Positions 17,550 to 27,383 of a stretch of 64,000 nt of DNA are shown here, in pieces. A model generated the notes under the pieces. That model made no database searches, had not been told where the DNA came from, and saw only the letters and a program-made list of their open reading frames with translations. Every line of letters starts with the position of its first letter. Position 1 is the first letter of the stretch. The position numbers and the translations under genes were made by a program. Source of the stretch: a virus; IMG/VR virus record IMGVR_UViG_3300031162_001159, positions 6,650 through 70,649 of that record; one strand, given 5' to 3'.

Positions 17550-18390
17550 ACCATTACAGCTAGACCTTACTCTTAAGAGTATTGAGAAGAATTGGGGTGG
17601 TGATATAGATATAGTTTATACAACATCAAAAGAATATATAGATTCATACAAGATTTTAGCTAAACAATACCCTGATTACGAATTTGTTAAGCAGGGTAAA
17701 AATATTTTTAGAGATGTCTATGAAAGCATAGATTCATCACCGGATGACTATATCTGTTTCTTCACAGACGATGACATAGTATATAGAGATGCAGGCAGGT
17801 ATTTGTCTTGTGAGGCTCTAGATAGTGCCTTATCTGATACAGCCTGCCTTTCATTACGTTTAGGGACCAACATCTCAAAACGAGATATATCTGGCACTCT
17901 AGTTGATGACTCAATCCCCCAACTTTTTCCTTGCTCACCCTCTCTTATTAAATGGAACAGAACAAGCATTCCGATAGGTGGATATTGGTCTTACCCACTG
18001 TCAGTAGACGGTCATGTTTTCAAATCAAGTGTTATCAAAAATATAATGTCAGAAATGTCGTCATGGGTAGACCATTGTAGGAGAGATCTAACATTCAGAT
18101 ATGATGGAACCCCTAATATGCTGGAAAGCATGATGCAAAGATTTTGGTTTGAATTACCTGCAATAATGGCAGCACCACTATTTAGTTGTGTCGTCAATAG
18201 CCCAAACAACAGAGTACAGAGTTCAGTAAAAAATAGAAGCGGGGATCTTTTTCCAATTGATCCGAAAGACGCCTTAAAACTATTTGAAGAGGGTAAACGT
18301 ATTAACTTGAATTCACTTATTTCAAGTGAACCAAATATAAAATGTCCTCACCAAGAGATTGACCTTCTAGGATTTACGGAGAAAATTTAA
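17521..18390 (+). CDS. putative GT-A glycosyltransferase
   Basis: IVFSKNRPLQL, FFTDDDI (DxD), YPLSVDGHVF. Confidence 0.6.
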   Translation: MQNIVFSKNRPLQLDLTLKSIEKNWGGDIDIVYTTSKEYIDSYKILAKQYPDYEFVKQGKNIFRDVYESIDSSPDDYICFFTDDDIVYRDAGRYLSCEALDSALSDTACLSLRLGTNISKRDISGTLVDDSIPQLFPCSPSLIKWNRTSIPIGGYWSYPLSVDGHVFKSSVIKNIMSEMSSWVDHCRRDLTFRYDGTPNMLESMMQRFWFELPAIMAAPLFSCVVNSPNNRVQSSVKNRSGDLFPIDPKDALKLFEEGKRINLNSLISSEPNIKCPHQEIDLLGFTEKI

Positions 18391-19034
18391 TGATTTTTGA
18401 CTTTAAAGAAATAGCGAACCGACTAAACATAACAGGTGTTATTCACGTAGGTGGGTTTGTAGGCGAAGAATTATCAATATATAGAGAGTGCGGTCTATAT
18501 AATACGATTATGTTTGAGCCACAACTGGATCTTGCAGAAATAATTGACTCTAAAATGGTAGAGGGTGAAGAGATATGTCCAATCGCTTTAGGTGATGAAC
18601 CCGGAGAAGCCACAATGTTTATATCTGAAACTGAGGGTGGCATAAAAAACGGATCTGGAGCACCTAGTTCTTTATTAAAACCCTTCAAGCATCTCACAGA
18701 ACATAAGAATGTAACATTCCCTGCTAAAAAAAGGGGGGTTTTGGTAGATACTCTTGACAATTGGATTTCTGATACCCTTAGCATAAAAGATGAGCTATCA
18801 TATAACTTCTTGAATATTGATGTTCAGGGGTATGAGCTAAAAGTTCTAAAGGGGGCAGAACGAACTTTAGATAATATCAAAGGATTGATTGTTGAGGTCA
18901 ACAGAGACGAAGTATATAAAGATTGTGCAAAAATATGGGAGATAGACGAATTTTTAGAAAACAAAGGTTTCAAAAGAACACTACTTACTTGGCAAAGCGA
19001 AAGTTGGGGGGATGCACTCTATGAACGATCCTAA
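18390..19034 (+). CDS. FkbM-family methyltransferase
   Basis: IHVGGFVGEE, FEP, NIDVQGYELKVLKG, EVN...Y, WGDALY. Confidence 0.9.
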   Translation: MIFDFKEIANRLNITGVIHVGGFVGEELSIYRECGLYNTIMFEPQLDLAEIIDSKMVEGEEICPIALGDEPGEATMFISETEGGIKNGSGAPSSLLKPFKHLTEHKNVTFPAKKRGVLVDTLDNWISDTLSIKDELSYNFLNIDVQGYELKVLKGAERTLDNIKGLIVEVNRDEVYKDCAKIWEIDEFLENKGFKRTLLTWQSESWGDALYERS

Positions 19035-19812
19035 TTTTTATGAGGCTTGCAGAGTCCCAACCTCTTTATATGATGAAGAATACGCAAAGATAAATGCTGA
19101 TTGGTTGATTGCTAAAAAACTGTACGAGTTACCTGAGAACCAAAGACTAGGTAATATTCCAATGTATATTCATTTTATCTGGCTCGGTGGAGAACTCCCA
19201 GATGAATATGAGAGTATAATTCAGAGTTGGAGATTGTTAAACCCTCGACACACGATTTTTGTGTGGGGAGACAAGGAAGCTAAACAATTTATAGATGATT
19301 ACGCCGACGATGATTTCAAAGGGATGTATAAGAAATGTGACAATTTCGGCAAAAAGTCTGACGTTTTAAGGTATCTCATCCTCGATAACATTGGTGGTGT
19401 TTATTCAGATATCGACTTTATGTGTTTGTCTAACATAGAGCACCTACATGATGTCAACTTCTTTGCTGGTATATGTCTAGAAAAAGATTTTCAGTTAAAC
19501 AACGGCATTATTGGCTGCTCATCTCACCACCCTATAATGAAAAATGTATTTGAACGTGTAGACTTAGATGGATTCAAAGAGATAGCATGTCCACATACAA
19601 GAACATTGTTTCAAACTGGACCTTGGGCATTAACAGATGCAGTTAAAAAATATATCTACGATGGTGATATGTTGCCAAAAGATATTTTATTCTGGCCTCC
19701 AAACTTCTTTCACCCTTTTCCTGCGGCTAAACGACATGAGGGGAATTGGAGAGATTATGTGAAAGAATACTCGATTTTGGCACATTTGTGGCACTGTAGT
19801 TGGATGAAGTAA
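19021..19812 (+). CDS. GT32 (DxD, Och1/TcdA-like) glycosyltransferase
   Basis: IPMYIHFIWLGG, KSDVLRYLIL...GGVYSDID, TGP.ALT, HLWHCSW. Confidence 0.9.
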   Translation: MNDPNFYEACRVPTSLYDEEYAKINADWLIAKKLYELPENQRLGNIPMYIHFIWLGGELPDEYESIIQSWRLLNPRHTIFVWGDKEAKQFIDDYADDDFKGMYKKCDNFGKKSDVLRYLILDNIGGVYSDIDFMCLSNIEHLHDVNFFAGICLEKDFQLNNGIIGCSSHHPIMKNVFERVDLDGFKEIACPHTRTLFQTGPWALTDAVKKYIYDGDMLPKDILFWPPNFFHPFPAAKRHEGNWRDYVKEYSILAHLWHCSWMK

Positions 19813-19874
19813 ATAAAATGGAAGAAGAAACAACACTAAAGAACAATTTTTTGAATATTGGTTAGAGGAGAATA

Positions 19875-20732
19875 ATGAGTAATTTTAGATTGTCAACGGA
19901 AGTTTTTAATCCTCCAGATTCAGTCATGAATTTTGAGGCGTATTTCGGAATAAAATATAAAGACTCTGATAGAAAAGAGGGGGATAGAATTTATCTCCCT
20001 ATATATTGGGTTAACTATTATGTATCCAAGAACTATGGTAATGATGATATGTCAGAACTACAGGAGGAGCTAGATCGTCTACCAAGAGACAAATCTTATT
20101 TTACAATTTATCAATGGGACGACCCTATCAAACAAGACCTAAAAGATTTAGACCTTTATATTTATGGGAGTGGGGGCCACGGTGATTATCCTATCCCTCT
20201 CAATTGTATTCCTCACGGTAGTCATCCTACTAATGAGAAGTTTGACATTAAACCGACATTAGCATCCTTCATAGGGTCTATTGATGGAAGACATCCTATT
20301 CGTGAAAAAATGAGAGATGTATTTCAAAAAGAGTCAGATTGTATCGTTGAAGATAGAAGGGGAAAAGGCTCTTTCTTCCGCTTCACGAAAGTTATGGGTC
20401 AGTCAAAATTTGCATTATGTCCTAGAGGTTACGGCAAAACCTCATTCCGTATTTGTGAAGCTCTAGAGGCTGGTGTTATTCCCGTCTACATATATGACGA
20501 CCCGTGGATTCCTTTTGAAGACATACTACCATTTGAAGGATATGGCATTCTTTGTCACGAAGATGATATAGACATACTTCCAGACGCATTGAGAAGCATA
20601 TCTGAGGATAGAGACCTGATTGATCTTATGAAAAAGAACGGTAAGATAGCATATGATAGATTTTATTCCTATGAGGGTCTGCGTCAGCAGATATTGAAGA
20701 TGGAAAGAGAACACAATGCCAATATATCTTGA
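19875..20732 (+). CDS. exostosin-family (GT47-like) glycosyltransferase
   Basis: ASFIGS...HPIR, SKFALCPRGYGKTSFRICEALEAGVIPVYI.D...PF. Confidence 0.85.
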   Translation: MSNFRLSTEVFNPPDSVMNFEAYFGIKYKDSDRKEGDRIYLPIYWVNYYVSKNYGNDDMSELQEELDRLPRDKSYFTIYQWDDPIKQDLKDLDLYIYGSGGHGDYPIPLNCIPHGSHPTNEKFDIKPTLASFIGSIDGRHPIREKMRDVFQKESDCIVEDRRGKGSFFRFTKVMGQSKFALCPRGYGKTSFRICEALEAGVIPVYIYDDPWIPFEDILPFEGYGILCHEDDIDILPDALRSISEDRDLIDLMKKNGKIAYDRFYSYEGLRQQILKMEREHNANIS

Positions 20733-21312
20733 TTGCGGTTCTAATCTAGGACAGGGTTATGAAATAATGAGAGATCGTTTTAAGATGGATGACTCTTGGA
20801 AGATAGTATTTATTGAGCCAAACCCTAATTGTTTTGAAAAATTAGCTTCTATCAGTCCAGTTGGTTCTATAATTGTCAATTGTGCTCTTGATACAAAAAG
20901 TGGCGAAAGAACGATGAATGTTGCATATTGTCAAGATAAAAAGGGGTGGGTCGGTGGAGAGTCCAACATCCTCTCAAAAGACTCCGGTTGGGAAAGGTAT
21001 TTTGATCACTATAATGAACATACAAATCACTTTGGTGTTACTAAAAAAGTTCAATCTGTTGTATTAGGGGAACTTATTGAGAACTTCAATCCAAACAATG
21101 AGGATGTGTATCTAAAGATAGATATAGAGGGAAAAGAGTATGACGTTCTAGAACAGTTCGTGGAGTCAGACCAGCTTAAAAATGTTAGATATATGGCTGT
21201 GGAGTGGCATTGTAGATTCTTTGGTTATAATCAGGAGGTCTATGATCGTAAAATAGCTATAGAAAAAAAAATAGCGAAAACCCCTAATTTAAAATATGAG
21301 GTGTGGTATTAA
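20716..21312 (+). CDS. FkbM-family methyltransferase
   Basis: YLDCGSNLGQG, EPNP, LKIDIEGKEYDVL, VEWH. Confidence 0.88.
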   Translation: MPIYLDCGSNLGQGYEIMRDRFKMDDSWKIVFIEPNPNCFEKLASISPVGSIIVNCALDTKSGERTMNVAYCQDKKGWVGGESNILSKDSGWERYFDHYNEHTNHFGVTKKVQSVVLGELIENFNPNNEDVYLKIDIEGKEYDVLEQFVESDQLKNVRYMAVEWHCRFFGYNQEVYDRKIAIEKKIAKTPNLKYEVWY

Positions 21313-21899
21313 TGCCAATTTACGAGACATTTGGAACCAGAATTTTACATGTTCATATACCAAAAACTGGAGGGTCTTCTGTTACGGAACTCTTTAGACA
21401 GAACGGTTGGACTGTCGATAAATGGAGTGAGGACGGTAATGCTCAACAACACGCATGGAGAGAGCAATGGAAAAAGTGGGGGGCATTTGATTATGTTTTC
21501 ACCATAGTTAGACACCCCGTGTTTCGTGCTTTAAGTGATGCTCGCGGAAGGGTCAAAGACCCAAATGAGGTTGACCACTGGATACAGAATTGGTGTAAAG
21601 AACCATATAGTTCGCATGGATATCACAATAGACCACAAGTGGACTTTTTTAGACAAGGGGATGGCGATATTTTCTACTTTAATGATAAGACCCATCAAAA
21701 AACACTCATTGATGTGGCGGCATCTAACGGCGATCTTTTCATCAATCAAGTGGGAGAATATCCGCACGTAAAAGGTGACACATATTATGATCATTCCCCA
21801 TCCCTTTTATCTTTGCATACACTTGAGATAATACAGAGTACATTTAAAAAAGATATGGAAGAATTTAATTTTCACTGGTTAGGACTAGAAGATTTATGA
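21312..21899 (+). CDS. sulfotransferase (Sulfotransfer_2-like)
   Basis: HVHIPKTGGSS (5'-PSB), FTIVRHP..R..S (3'-PB), D...F; ATG overlaps upstream TAA. Confidence 0.85.
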   Translation: MPIYETFGTRILHVHIPKTGGSSVTELFRQNGWTVDKWSEDGNAQQHAWREQWKKWGAFDYVFTIVRHPVFRALSDARGRVKDPNEVDHWIQNWCKEPYSSHGYHNRPQVDFFRQGDGDIFYFNDKTHQKTLIDVAASNGDLFINQVGEYPHVKGDTYYDHSPSLLSLHTLEIIQSTFKKDMEEFNFHWLGLEDL

Positions 21900-22831
21900 A
21901 AATAGCATATATAACCACAGACGACCCTAAAGCACAAGGGGATTATCAAGAGAATGTGATACTTCACGGACTCCGTATGATTCTTCGTGACAACTGTATC
22001 GATTACCCCCGAAAGAAAACAATGTACGGTGAATTTGACGAGTGCAAAAAAAGTGATATACACGGTTGGGGGTTTAGTATCTTCCATAGGCCGATACCAG
22101 ACATCGCAAGCGATGCAAGAAATAATTTAGAAGATATTGACTTCGTTATCTATGGAGTTACAGACGCCTATGGAGTACCTGACTATCCAGAGATTAACAA
22201 ACTAGCCAAGTACGGCGTTGTTTATATCGATGGTCACGATCATATGAGAATTAGTAAGACCCCTTGTTTCAAAAGAGAGTGGTCTAAGGAGTTTATAGAT
22301 GGGACAGATAATGTGTGGCCTACTGGTTTTGGTATTCCTGAACATCTTGTTCGTCCGTTGGATTTTGAGCATAAAACGCAAATGATTCAGATAACAGCAC
22401 CACCATATGCTTTGTTCGGACCACAAATTCTTGGAATGGAAGCAAGAAAATTGTACAGGTTTGACAACGAAGAAGACTATTATGATGATATGGCAAGCTC
22501 TTGGTTTGGTCTGACCTGCATGAAGGGTGGATGGGATTCTATGAGACACTATGAAATTATGGCTGCTGGTGCTCTGTTGTTGTTTAGGGATTATGATAAG
22601 AAGCCAGACGGGTGTTCTCCGAATGATCTTCCATGCTTTTCCTACTCAAGCAAAACTGAACTAAATTCACTTATGAAGATATTGGTTGTCGATGGCAAAC
22701 CAACTGGAAAGTATAAAGACATGTTACAGAAGCAGAGAAATTGGCTACTAGAAAATGGGACAACTAAAGCGAGAGCACAGAGTGTTCTATCAACCCTTAG
22801 CAAAATAAAGAGAAGTAAAGATGAAATATAG
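21896..22831 (+). CDS. putative GT-B glycosyltransferase
   Basis: FKRE, YY.DM..S.FGLT..KGGWDSMRHYEIMAAG; located in glycan island. Confidence 0.6.
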   Translation: MKIAYITTDDPKAQGDYQENVILHGLRMILRDNCIDYPRKKTMYGEFDECKKSDIHGWGFSIFHRPIPDIASDARNNLEDIDFVIYGVTDAYGVPDYPEINKLAKYGVVYIDGHDHMRISKTPCFKREWSKEFIDGTDNVWPTGFGIPEHLVRPLDFEHKTQMIQITAPPYALFGPQILGMEARKLYRFDNEEDYYDDMASSWFGLTCMKGGWDSMRHYEIMAAGALLLFRDYDKKPDGCSPNDLPCFSYSSKTELNSLMKILVVDGKPTGKYKDMLQKQRNWLLENGTTKARAQSVLSTLSKIKRSKDEI

Positions 22832-23051
22832 CAGTGAAGGATGGTCGGATTATCTCAGAAGCTTAGGTTTAGATTTTAACCAGACACTACAAATGGAAGC
22901 ATTATTAAAAAGTGTCTTTGAAGATGGTTGGATTACACGGAATAGACAGATAGCTATTGATACAGACGATTTTAAAATGAAAGAGGAATGGGAAGGTAGT
23001 TTTTCACACTTAATAATTGAAAAGGCAAAAGATGACACATCCAAAGATTGA
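22821..23051 (+). CDS. hypothetical protein
   Basis: 76 aa; overlaps both neighbours. Confidence 0.5.
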   Translation: MKYSSEGWSDYLRSLGLDFNQTLQMEALLKSVFEDGWITRNRQIAIDTDDFKMKEEWEGSFSHLIIEKAKDDTSKD

Positions 23052-23796
23052 AGAATTTACAATCAGTCTCCATTGTGGTTGTTCCCGAAAAATAGTGAAC
23101 AATCAAATGAAGGCTTTGGAACCACTAGAGGAAGAATATAATATAACGTGGAACAACAGGATAGATAGACAACTGCATTACGATAGCTATTCGGAATTAG
23201 TAAATCATGCTGTCGAAACGTCACCCACTGAATTTGTTATATTAATTAATGACAGGACGCACCCAAAACCCCACGAAGTAAAACGTATACTATATGCTTT
23301 AGAAAATGGTTACGCTATGGCTACACAATACAGTGTAGGGTTTGTCGGATTTTCGAAAGAGCTATTTCGTAAAATTGGTTGTTACGACCCCCTTTATTAT
23401 GGAGGTGGCTGGGAAGATGACGATTTCGTTCTTCGTCTAAAATTGGCAGATTTGGCTTATTATGAATCGTGTGAATCGAATTATGATTATGATTGGAAGA
23501 CTCCTCTACAGCCACAAGACAGCACCAAGGGCGAAAAATCTGGTGCTTTCTTCAAAGAAAAATGGAAAATATCTCCCGGAGAGATAAAAAAGGTTTTACC
23601 AGAGCCAAAATATGACTATAATTTAGGTGATCCGAGGCCAGATATTAGCGATAGTTGGATGCCTTGGTCTGAATCAGTTCTTGGGGTAGACTTCAAAAAA
23701 AACCCGGAAAAACAGGGGCCGTCACGGACACATCATTTCCTAATAGATGCAAAACATGATCAGCCATATAGAAGAGTCGTAGATGGTACAGTATAG
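23032..23796 (+). CDS. GT2/GT7C-like glycosyltransferase
   Basis: FRKIGCYDPLYYGGGWEDDDFVLRL; ATG23032 preferred over TTG23017. Confidence 0.8.
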   Translation: MTHPKIEEFTISLHCGCSRKIVNNQMKALEPLEEEYNITWNNRIDRQLHYDSYSELVNHAVETSPTEFVILINDRTHPKPHEVKRILYALENGYAMATQYSVGFVGFSKELFRKIGCYDPLYYGGGWEDDDFVLRLKLADLAYYESCESNYDYDWKTPLQPQDSTKGEKSGAFFKEKWKISPGEIKKVLPEPKYDYNLGDPRPDISDSWMPWSESVLGVDFKKNPEKQGPSRTHHFLIDAKHDQPYRRVVDGTV

Positions 23797-23816
23797 AAAG
23801 GGGGAGCTACAGATAG

Positions 23817-24776
23817 ATGACTAAAAAAGTGTGTATAACAGGGGCAATGGGGTTTATTGGATCTTTCAGTATAGATAGATTTTTAAAAGAGGGGTGGGAG
23901 ATCGATGCCGTAGACAATAAATGTAGCAATGCTATTAGCGATACTCCAAAAGGTGTTGTTCTTCACGAGTGTTCTGTTCTAGATTTTGATTATAAAAACA
24001 ATGGACCCTATGATGTAATTCTACATCTCGCATCCCCTGTTGGTCCCGCTGGTGTTCTAAAATGGGCTGGAAAAATGGGGCATCAGATCATTAATGATGT
24101 GCAATGGGGTATAAATGCGGCCTTGTATCACGACGCACATCTTGTCTTCTATTCTACTTCTGAGATATATGGATACAGAGACTCTGTTGTTCAACTAAGT
24201 GAAGATGACGATAAGGTTTTATCTGGAAAATATACCGTTAGAAATGAATATGCAGTCGGGAAAATGCTTGGTGAAATCATTTTAAGTAACACCGCCCTAG
24301 TTAACAACAAACTACGCTATAGTATAATTCGCCCATTTAATATTAGTGGGGCAAGACAACAGCCAGATGGGGGGTTCGTCCTACCAAGATTTGTTAAACA
24401 AGCCCTTAATGATGAAAATATAACAGTATTCGGTGATGGACTACAGCAGAGAGCCTTTACCCATGTTGAAGATATTGTTGACGGAGTGTATAAAATAATT
24501 GAATCAGGAATAGAAGGGGAGGATTGGTGTGTCGGAAACCCCCTCAATAGAACATCTATACTTGAAATAGCCAAAAAAGTTGTTGAAATCACGAACAGTG
24601 GATCAGAAATAGAGCTTGTAGACCCGAAAGGAATTTACGGACCCATGTACGAGGAAGCATATGACAAAATTCCAGACTCTTCCAAATTGAGACGAAAGCT
24701 TGGTTGGTATCCAAAATGGAGTATTGACGAAATCATTGCCGATGTTGTTAGTTATTGGAGTGCGAAGAATGGATGA
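23817..24776 (+). CDS. NAD-dependent nucleotide-sugar epimerase/dehydratase (UDP-GlcA decarboxylase-like SDR)
   Basis: TGAMGFIG, HLASPVG, STSEIYG, YAVGK, RPFNISG, GDGLQQRAFTHVED. Confidence 0.9.
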   Translation: MTKKVCITGAMGFIGSFSIDRFLKEGWEIDAVDNKCSNAISDTPKGVVLHECSVLDFDYKNNGPYDVILHLASPVGPAGVLKWAGKMGHQIINDVQWGINAALYHDAHLVFYSTSEIYGYRDSVVQLSEDDDKVLSGKYTVRNEYAVGKMLGEIILSNTALVNNKLRYSIIRPFNISGARQQPDGGFVLPRFVKQALNDENITVFGDGLQQRAFTHVEDIVDGVYKIIESGIEGEDWCVGNPLNRTSILEIAKKVVEITNSGSEIELVDPKGIYGPMYEEAYDKIPDSSKLRRKLGWYPKWSIDEIIADVVSYWSAKNG

Positions 24777-25059
24777 TGTAGATGATTGGGAAAAGTATTT
24801 TGACCATGTTTTAAAGAAAGTGGTAGAAGCTAGAAAGGCTAACGTACCTCCAGCGACTTGTCATTTACTTATAGAGGATTTGCTTAAAATAACAGAACTA
24901 GGAATGGATAAAACATATCTTGAATATTTAGCTAACTGGAAGTACCAAGAAGTCACAGGGGGAACTATACAAGACCTTTTTCCCCGTAAGGAACTCGACA
25001 ACAATAAGAAAAGCGAATATCCTTTAGATCTATTTAGTGAGCAAAGCGAACATGATTAA
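24769..25059 (+). CDS. hypothetical protein
   Basis: GGAG RBS before ATG24769 (MDDVDDWEK). Confidence 0.5.
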   Translation: MDDVDDWEKYFDHVLKKVVEARKANVPPATCHLLIEDLLKITELGMDKTYLEYLANWKYQEVTGGTIQDLFPRKELDNNKKSEYPLDLFSEQSEHD

Positions 25060-25849
25060 CATTATTGACAAACTTCCACACAATAACCTCGAAAAGAATT
25101 TCTTTTGGGAAACAGCCTTTAGGTTGAGAGATCTAATGGATGACACCTCTTCGGTCAAAAACATTCTCTTTATGAATTACGGAGATCAACACGAAATACC
25201 TCCACAAACAGTCATATTTATGAATGCTGATGAGCAGTATCGTATTCCAGACGAAATATCTAATCCGAATGTGGTCAAAATATTCAAACAATATTGCCCC
25301 TCTGTAAATACTCCTAAATTGGCTCCTATGCCCCTTGGAGTACCTGTTGGATTCAATACAAACGCACCGATCCCTATCCACGAAAGAGATATCGATGTAT
25401 GTTTCATAGGTCAATTAGCACATAATAGGAAAGAGGTTGAAGATTTTTCTAAGGATGTTGCTGGTTCTAACATTCAATCATTTATTGGTTGGACAAGCGG
25501 TTTCAATAAGGGAATTTCTCGCAATGCCTACTCGGAAATAATTAGGAATTCAAAAATCGCCATTTGCCCCTCTGGTACAGCCAGCACTGAAACGTTCAGA
25601 CTCTATGAAGCTGCTGTGTCTGGTTGTATCATATTAACGGTGGAGCAACCAAAAAGTTGGATATATGAAGACCTGCCAGCTTTCTTCTATGAGGGTGGTG
25701 CTCTCTACCCATATGTCGAGAGGATATTAGGGAATACGAAAACTAGGCTGATGGATTATTCAGATAGGAGTCGTTTGTTCTATAATGAGAGATGGTCTCC
25801 ACGAGCAGTGGGTGAGAGGTTATACAAAGATTTAACCAAGGATAAATAA
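25037..25849 (+). CDS. exostosin-like / GT-B glycosyltransferase
   Basis: RDIDVCFIGQ, Y......SKIAICPSG....ETFRLYEAA.SGC; start may be ATG25052. Confidence 0.75.
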   Translation: MSKANMINIIDKLPHNNLEKNFFWETAFRLRDLMDDTSSVKNILFMNYGDQHEIPPQTVIFMNADEQYRIPDEISNPNVVKIFKQYCPSVNTPKLAPMPLGVPVGFNTNAPIPIHERDIDVCFIGQLAHNRKEVEDFSKDVAGSNIQSFIGWTSGFNKGISRNAYSEIIRNSKIAICPSGTASTETFRLYEAAVSGCIILTVEQPKSWIYEDLPAFFYEGGALYPYVERILGNTKTRLMDYSDRSRLFYNERWSPRAVGERLYKDLTKDK

Positions 25850-26601
25850 TGAAAAAATACCTTTTTGTAATGGCTAACTACCCAGATTGGAGACAAGAGT
25901 TCTTCGATACACATATTAGTCCACATAATAAGAAATATTGTGAGAAGTGGGGGTATGAGTATCTAGAAATAAACGACGCTAAACCCTTTCGTGGAAATCA
26001 CACATGGAACAAGTTCAAGATCCCCCATGATATGATGCAACAGGGTAAGTTTGAGCAAGGTGATATATTGACACATATAGATGCTGACATGGCAATCGAT
26101 ATGGATCATGATCTATCCTTTGATAAGAATTTCACTTATGCTATCGACTCATGTAACACACACTGCATGGGCTTTTATTCTATCAAAATCAATGCGTGGA
26201 CGGACCACCTGCTCTATATGATATTGAGCGACTATAGATATAACGCTCTCAAAGATAAGGTGTCGATAGGAAGTATGAATGAGCAATCATCATTTTGGTC
26301 TATTTTCAGAGAACAGGCATCTTGGTATTCACTTGCCGGTATCAAGAGACATTCATGGACACCCTTTTTTACTTTGCCTAACTTTGGATTTCATAGCTCT
26401 CATAACAAGTGGACATACTATAATTTAGATGAGTTAAAGAAAAATGTGGGAGTCCTACCTGTAGAATACAACGTGACACATATTCCAGAAGAGGATGGTG
26501 ATGACAAATTTTACATGAACCCGTGCGATAAAAAGCCAATCATAAGGCATTTTGCTGGAGGAAGAAATTGGCGAGAAGAGTACTACATAGATAAAACCTA
26601 A
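25849..26601 (+). CDS. GT34/MNN10-like DxD glycosyltransferase
   Basis: YCEKWGYEY, W.K, HIDAD, EQ, LPVEYN, IRHFAG. Confidence 0.7.
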   Translation: MKKYLFVMANYPDWRQEFFDTHISPHNKKYCEKWGYEYLEINDAKPFRGNHTWNKFKIPHDMMQQGKFEQGDILTHIDADMAIDMDHDLSFDKNFTYAIDSCNTHCMGFYSIKINAWTDHLLYMILSDYRYNALKDKVSIGSMNEQSSFWSIFREQASWYSLAGIKRHSWTPFFTLPNFGFHSSHNKWTYYNLDELKKNVGVLPVEYNVTHIPEEDGDDKFYMNPCDKKPIIRHFAGGRNWREEYYIDKT

Positions 26602-26616
26602 AAAGGAGAAACTAAA

Positions 26617-26919
26617 ATGGCAGAATCACAAAAATACCACCTTTGGAAAATGGGTAGTCTAGAACACAGGATAAACCCCACACAATCGGCTATAAAAAAA
26701 CTTCGAACGATATTAGAGGAAAATCAACAAGAGGGGGAAGTCCATATCATATGGGGTCCAGATCTAGACCTTATTACTTTAAATGGAGACTCCGAAGTTG
26801 AGCAGATCTTTGACTATGATGCTCTCCCCGATAAGATCGAGACTCTTAAGAAAAAATTAGCTATATATGAGGAACTTAACGAAAAACACCAGAAGTTTCT
26901 TAAGGAAGAAAATAAATGA
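26617..26919 (+). CDS. hypothetical protein
   Basis: strong AAGGAG RBS; C-terminal coiled coil. Confidence 0.6.
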   Translation: MAESQKYHLWKMGSLEHRINPTQSAIKKLRTILEENQQEGEVHIIWGPDLDLITLNGDSEVEQIFDYDALPDKIETLKKKLAIYEELNEKHQKFLKEENK

Positions 26920-27383
26920 AAATAGCAGTATTGACAAATGACCTTTTGATTAGTCAGAAATCATTCTATATGGTCAAAGAACTTGAGAAGTGTCTTAAAA
27001 ACACCGAAGATTGCCCATGTATTTTTTACCTAAATATGTCGGCAACTGTTGTAGATATTCCATTCGCTATTATGAATATTCACAATATCACACACTTCAA
27101 TGGTGTCTGTTTAGCTACAGATTTAGAATCGGCAGAAGTTCTTAGAAAATCAAACAATAAAATGGACAAATTCTTCTACGTTTGGGATTTGGAATGGCTA
27201 AGAAATACGATCCCCTTTGAAAAAGGTGTTGAAATTTTAAGAGACCCTAGTCTGAAAATCATAGCAAGAAGTGAATCTCACAAAAAGGTAATAGAAAATT
27301 ATTGCAATAGAGAAGTTGAAGGTATTGTCCATAACTTCAATCTAGAGCAAATTAAGGAGGTGTGTAGTGGCAGACTTGTCTAG
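26916..27383 (+). CDS. hypothetical protein, possibly a GT-B N-terminal half-domain
   Basis: ATD...KFFYVWDLEW...IIARS; ATGA coupling. Confidence 0.5.
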   Translation: MKIAVLTNDLLISQKSFYMVKELEKCLKNTEDCPCIFYLNMSATVVDIPFAIMNIHNITHFNGVCLATDLESAEVLRKSNNKMDKFFYVWDLEWLRNTIPFEKGVEILRDPSLKIIARSESHKKVIENYCNREVEGIVHNFNLEQIKEVCSGRLV

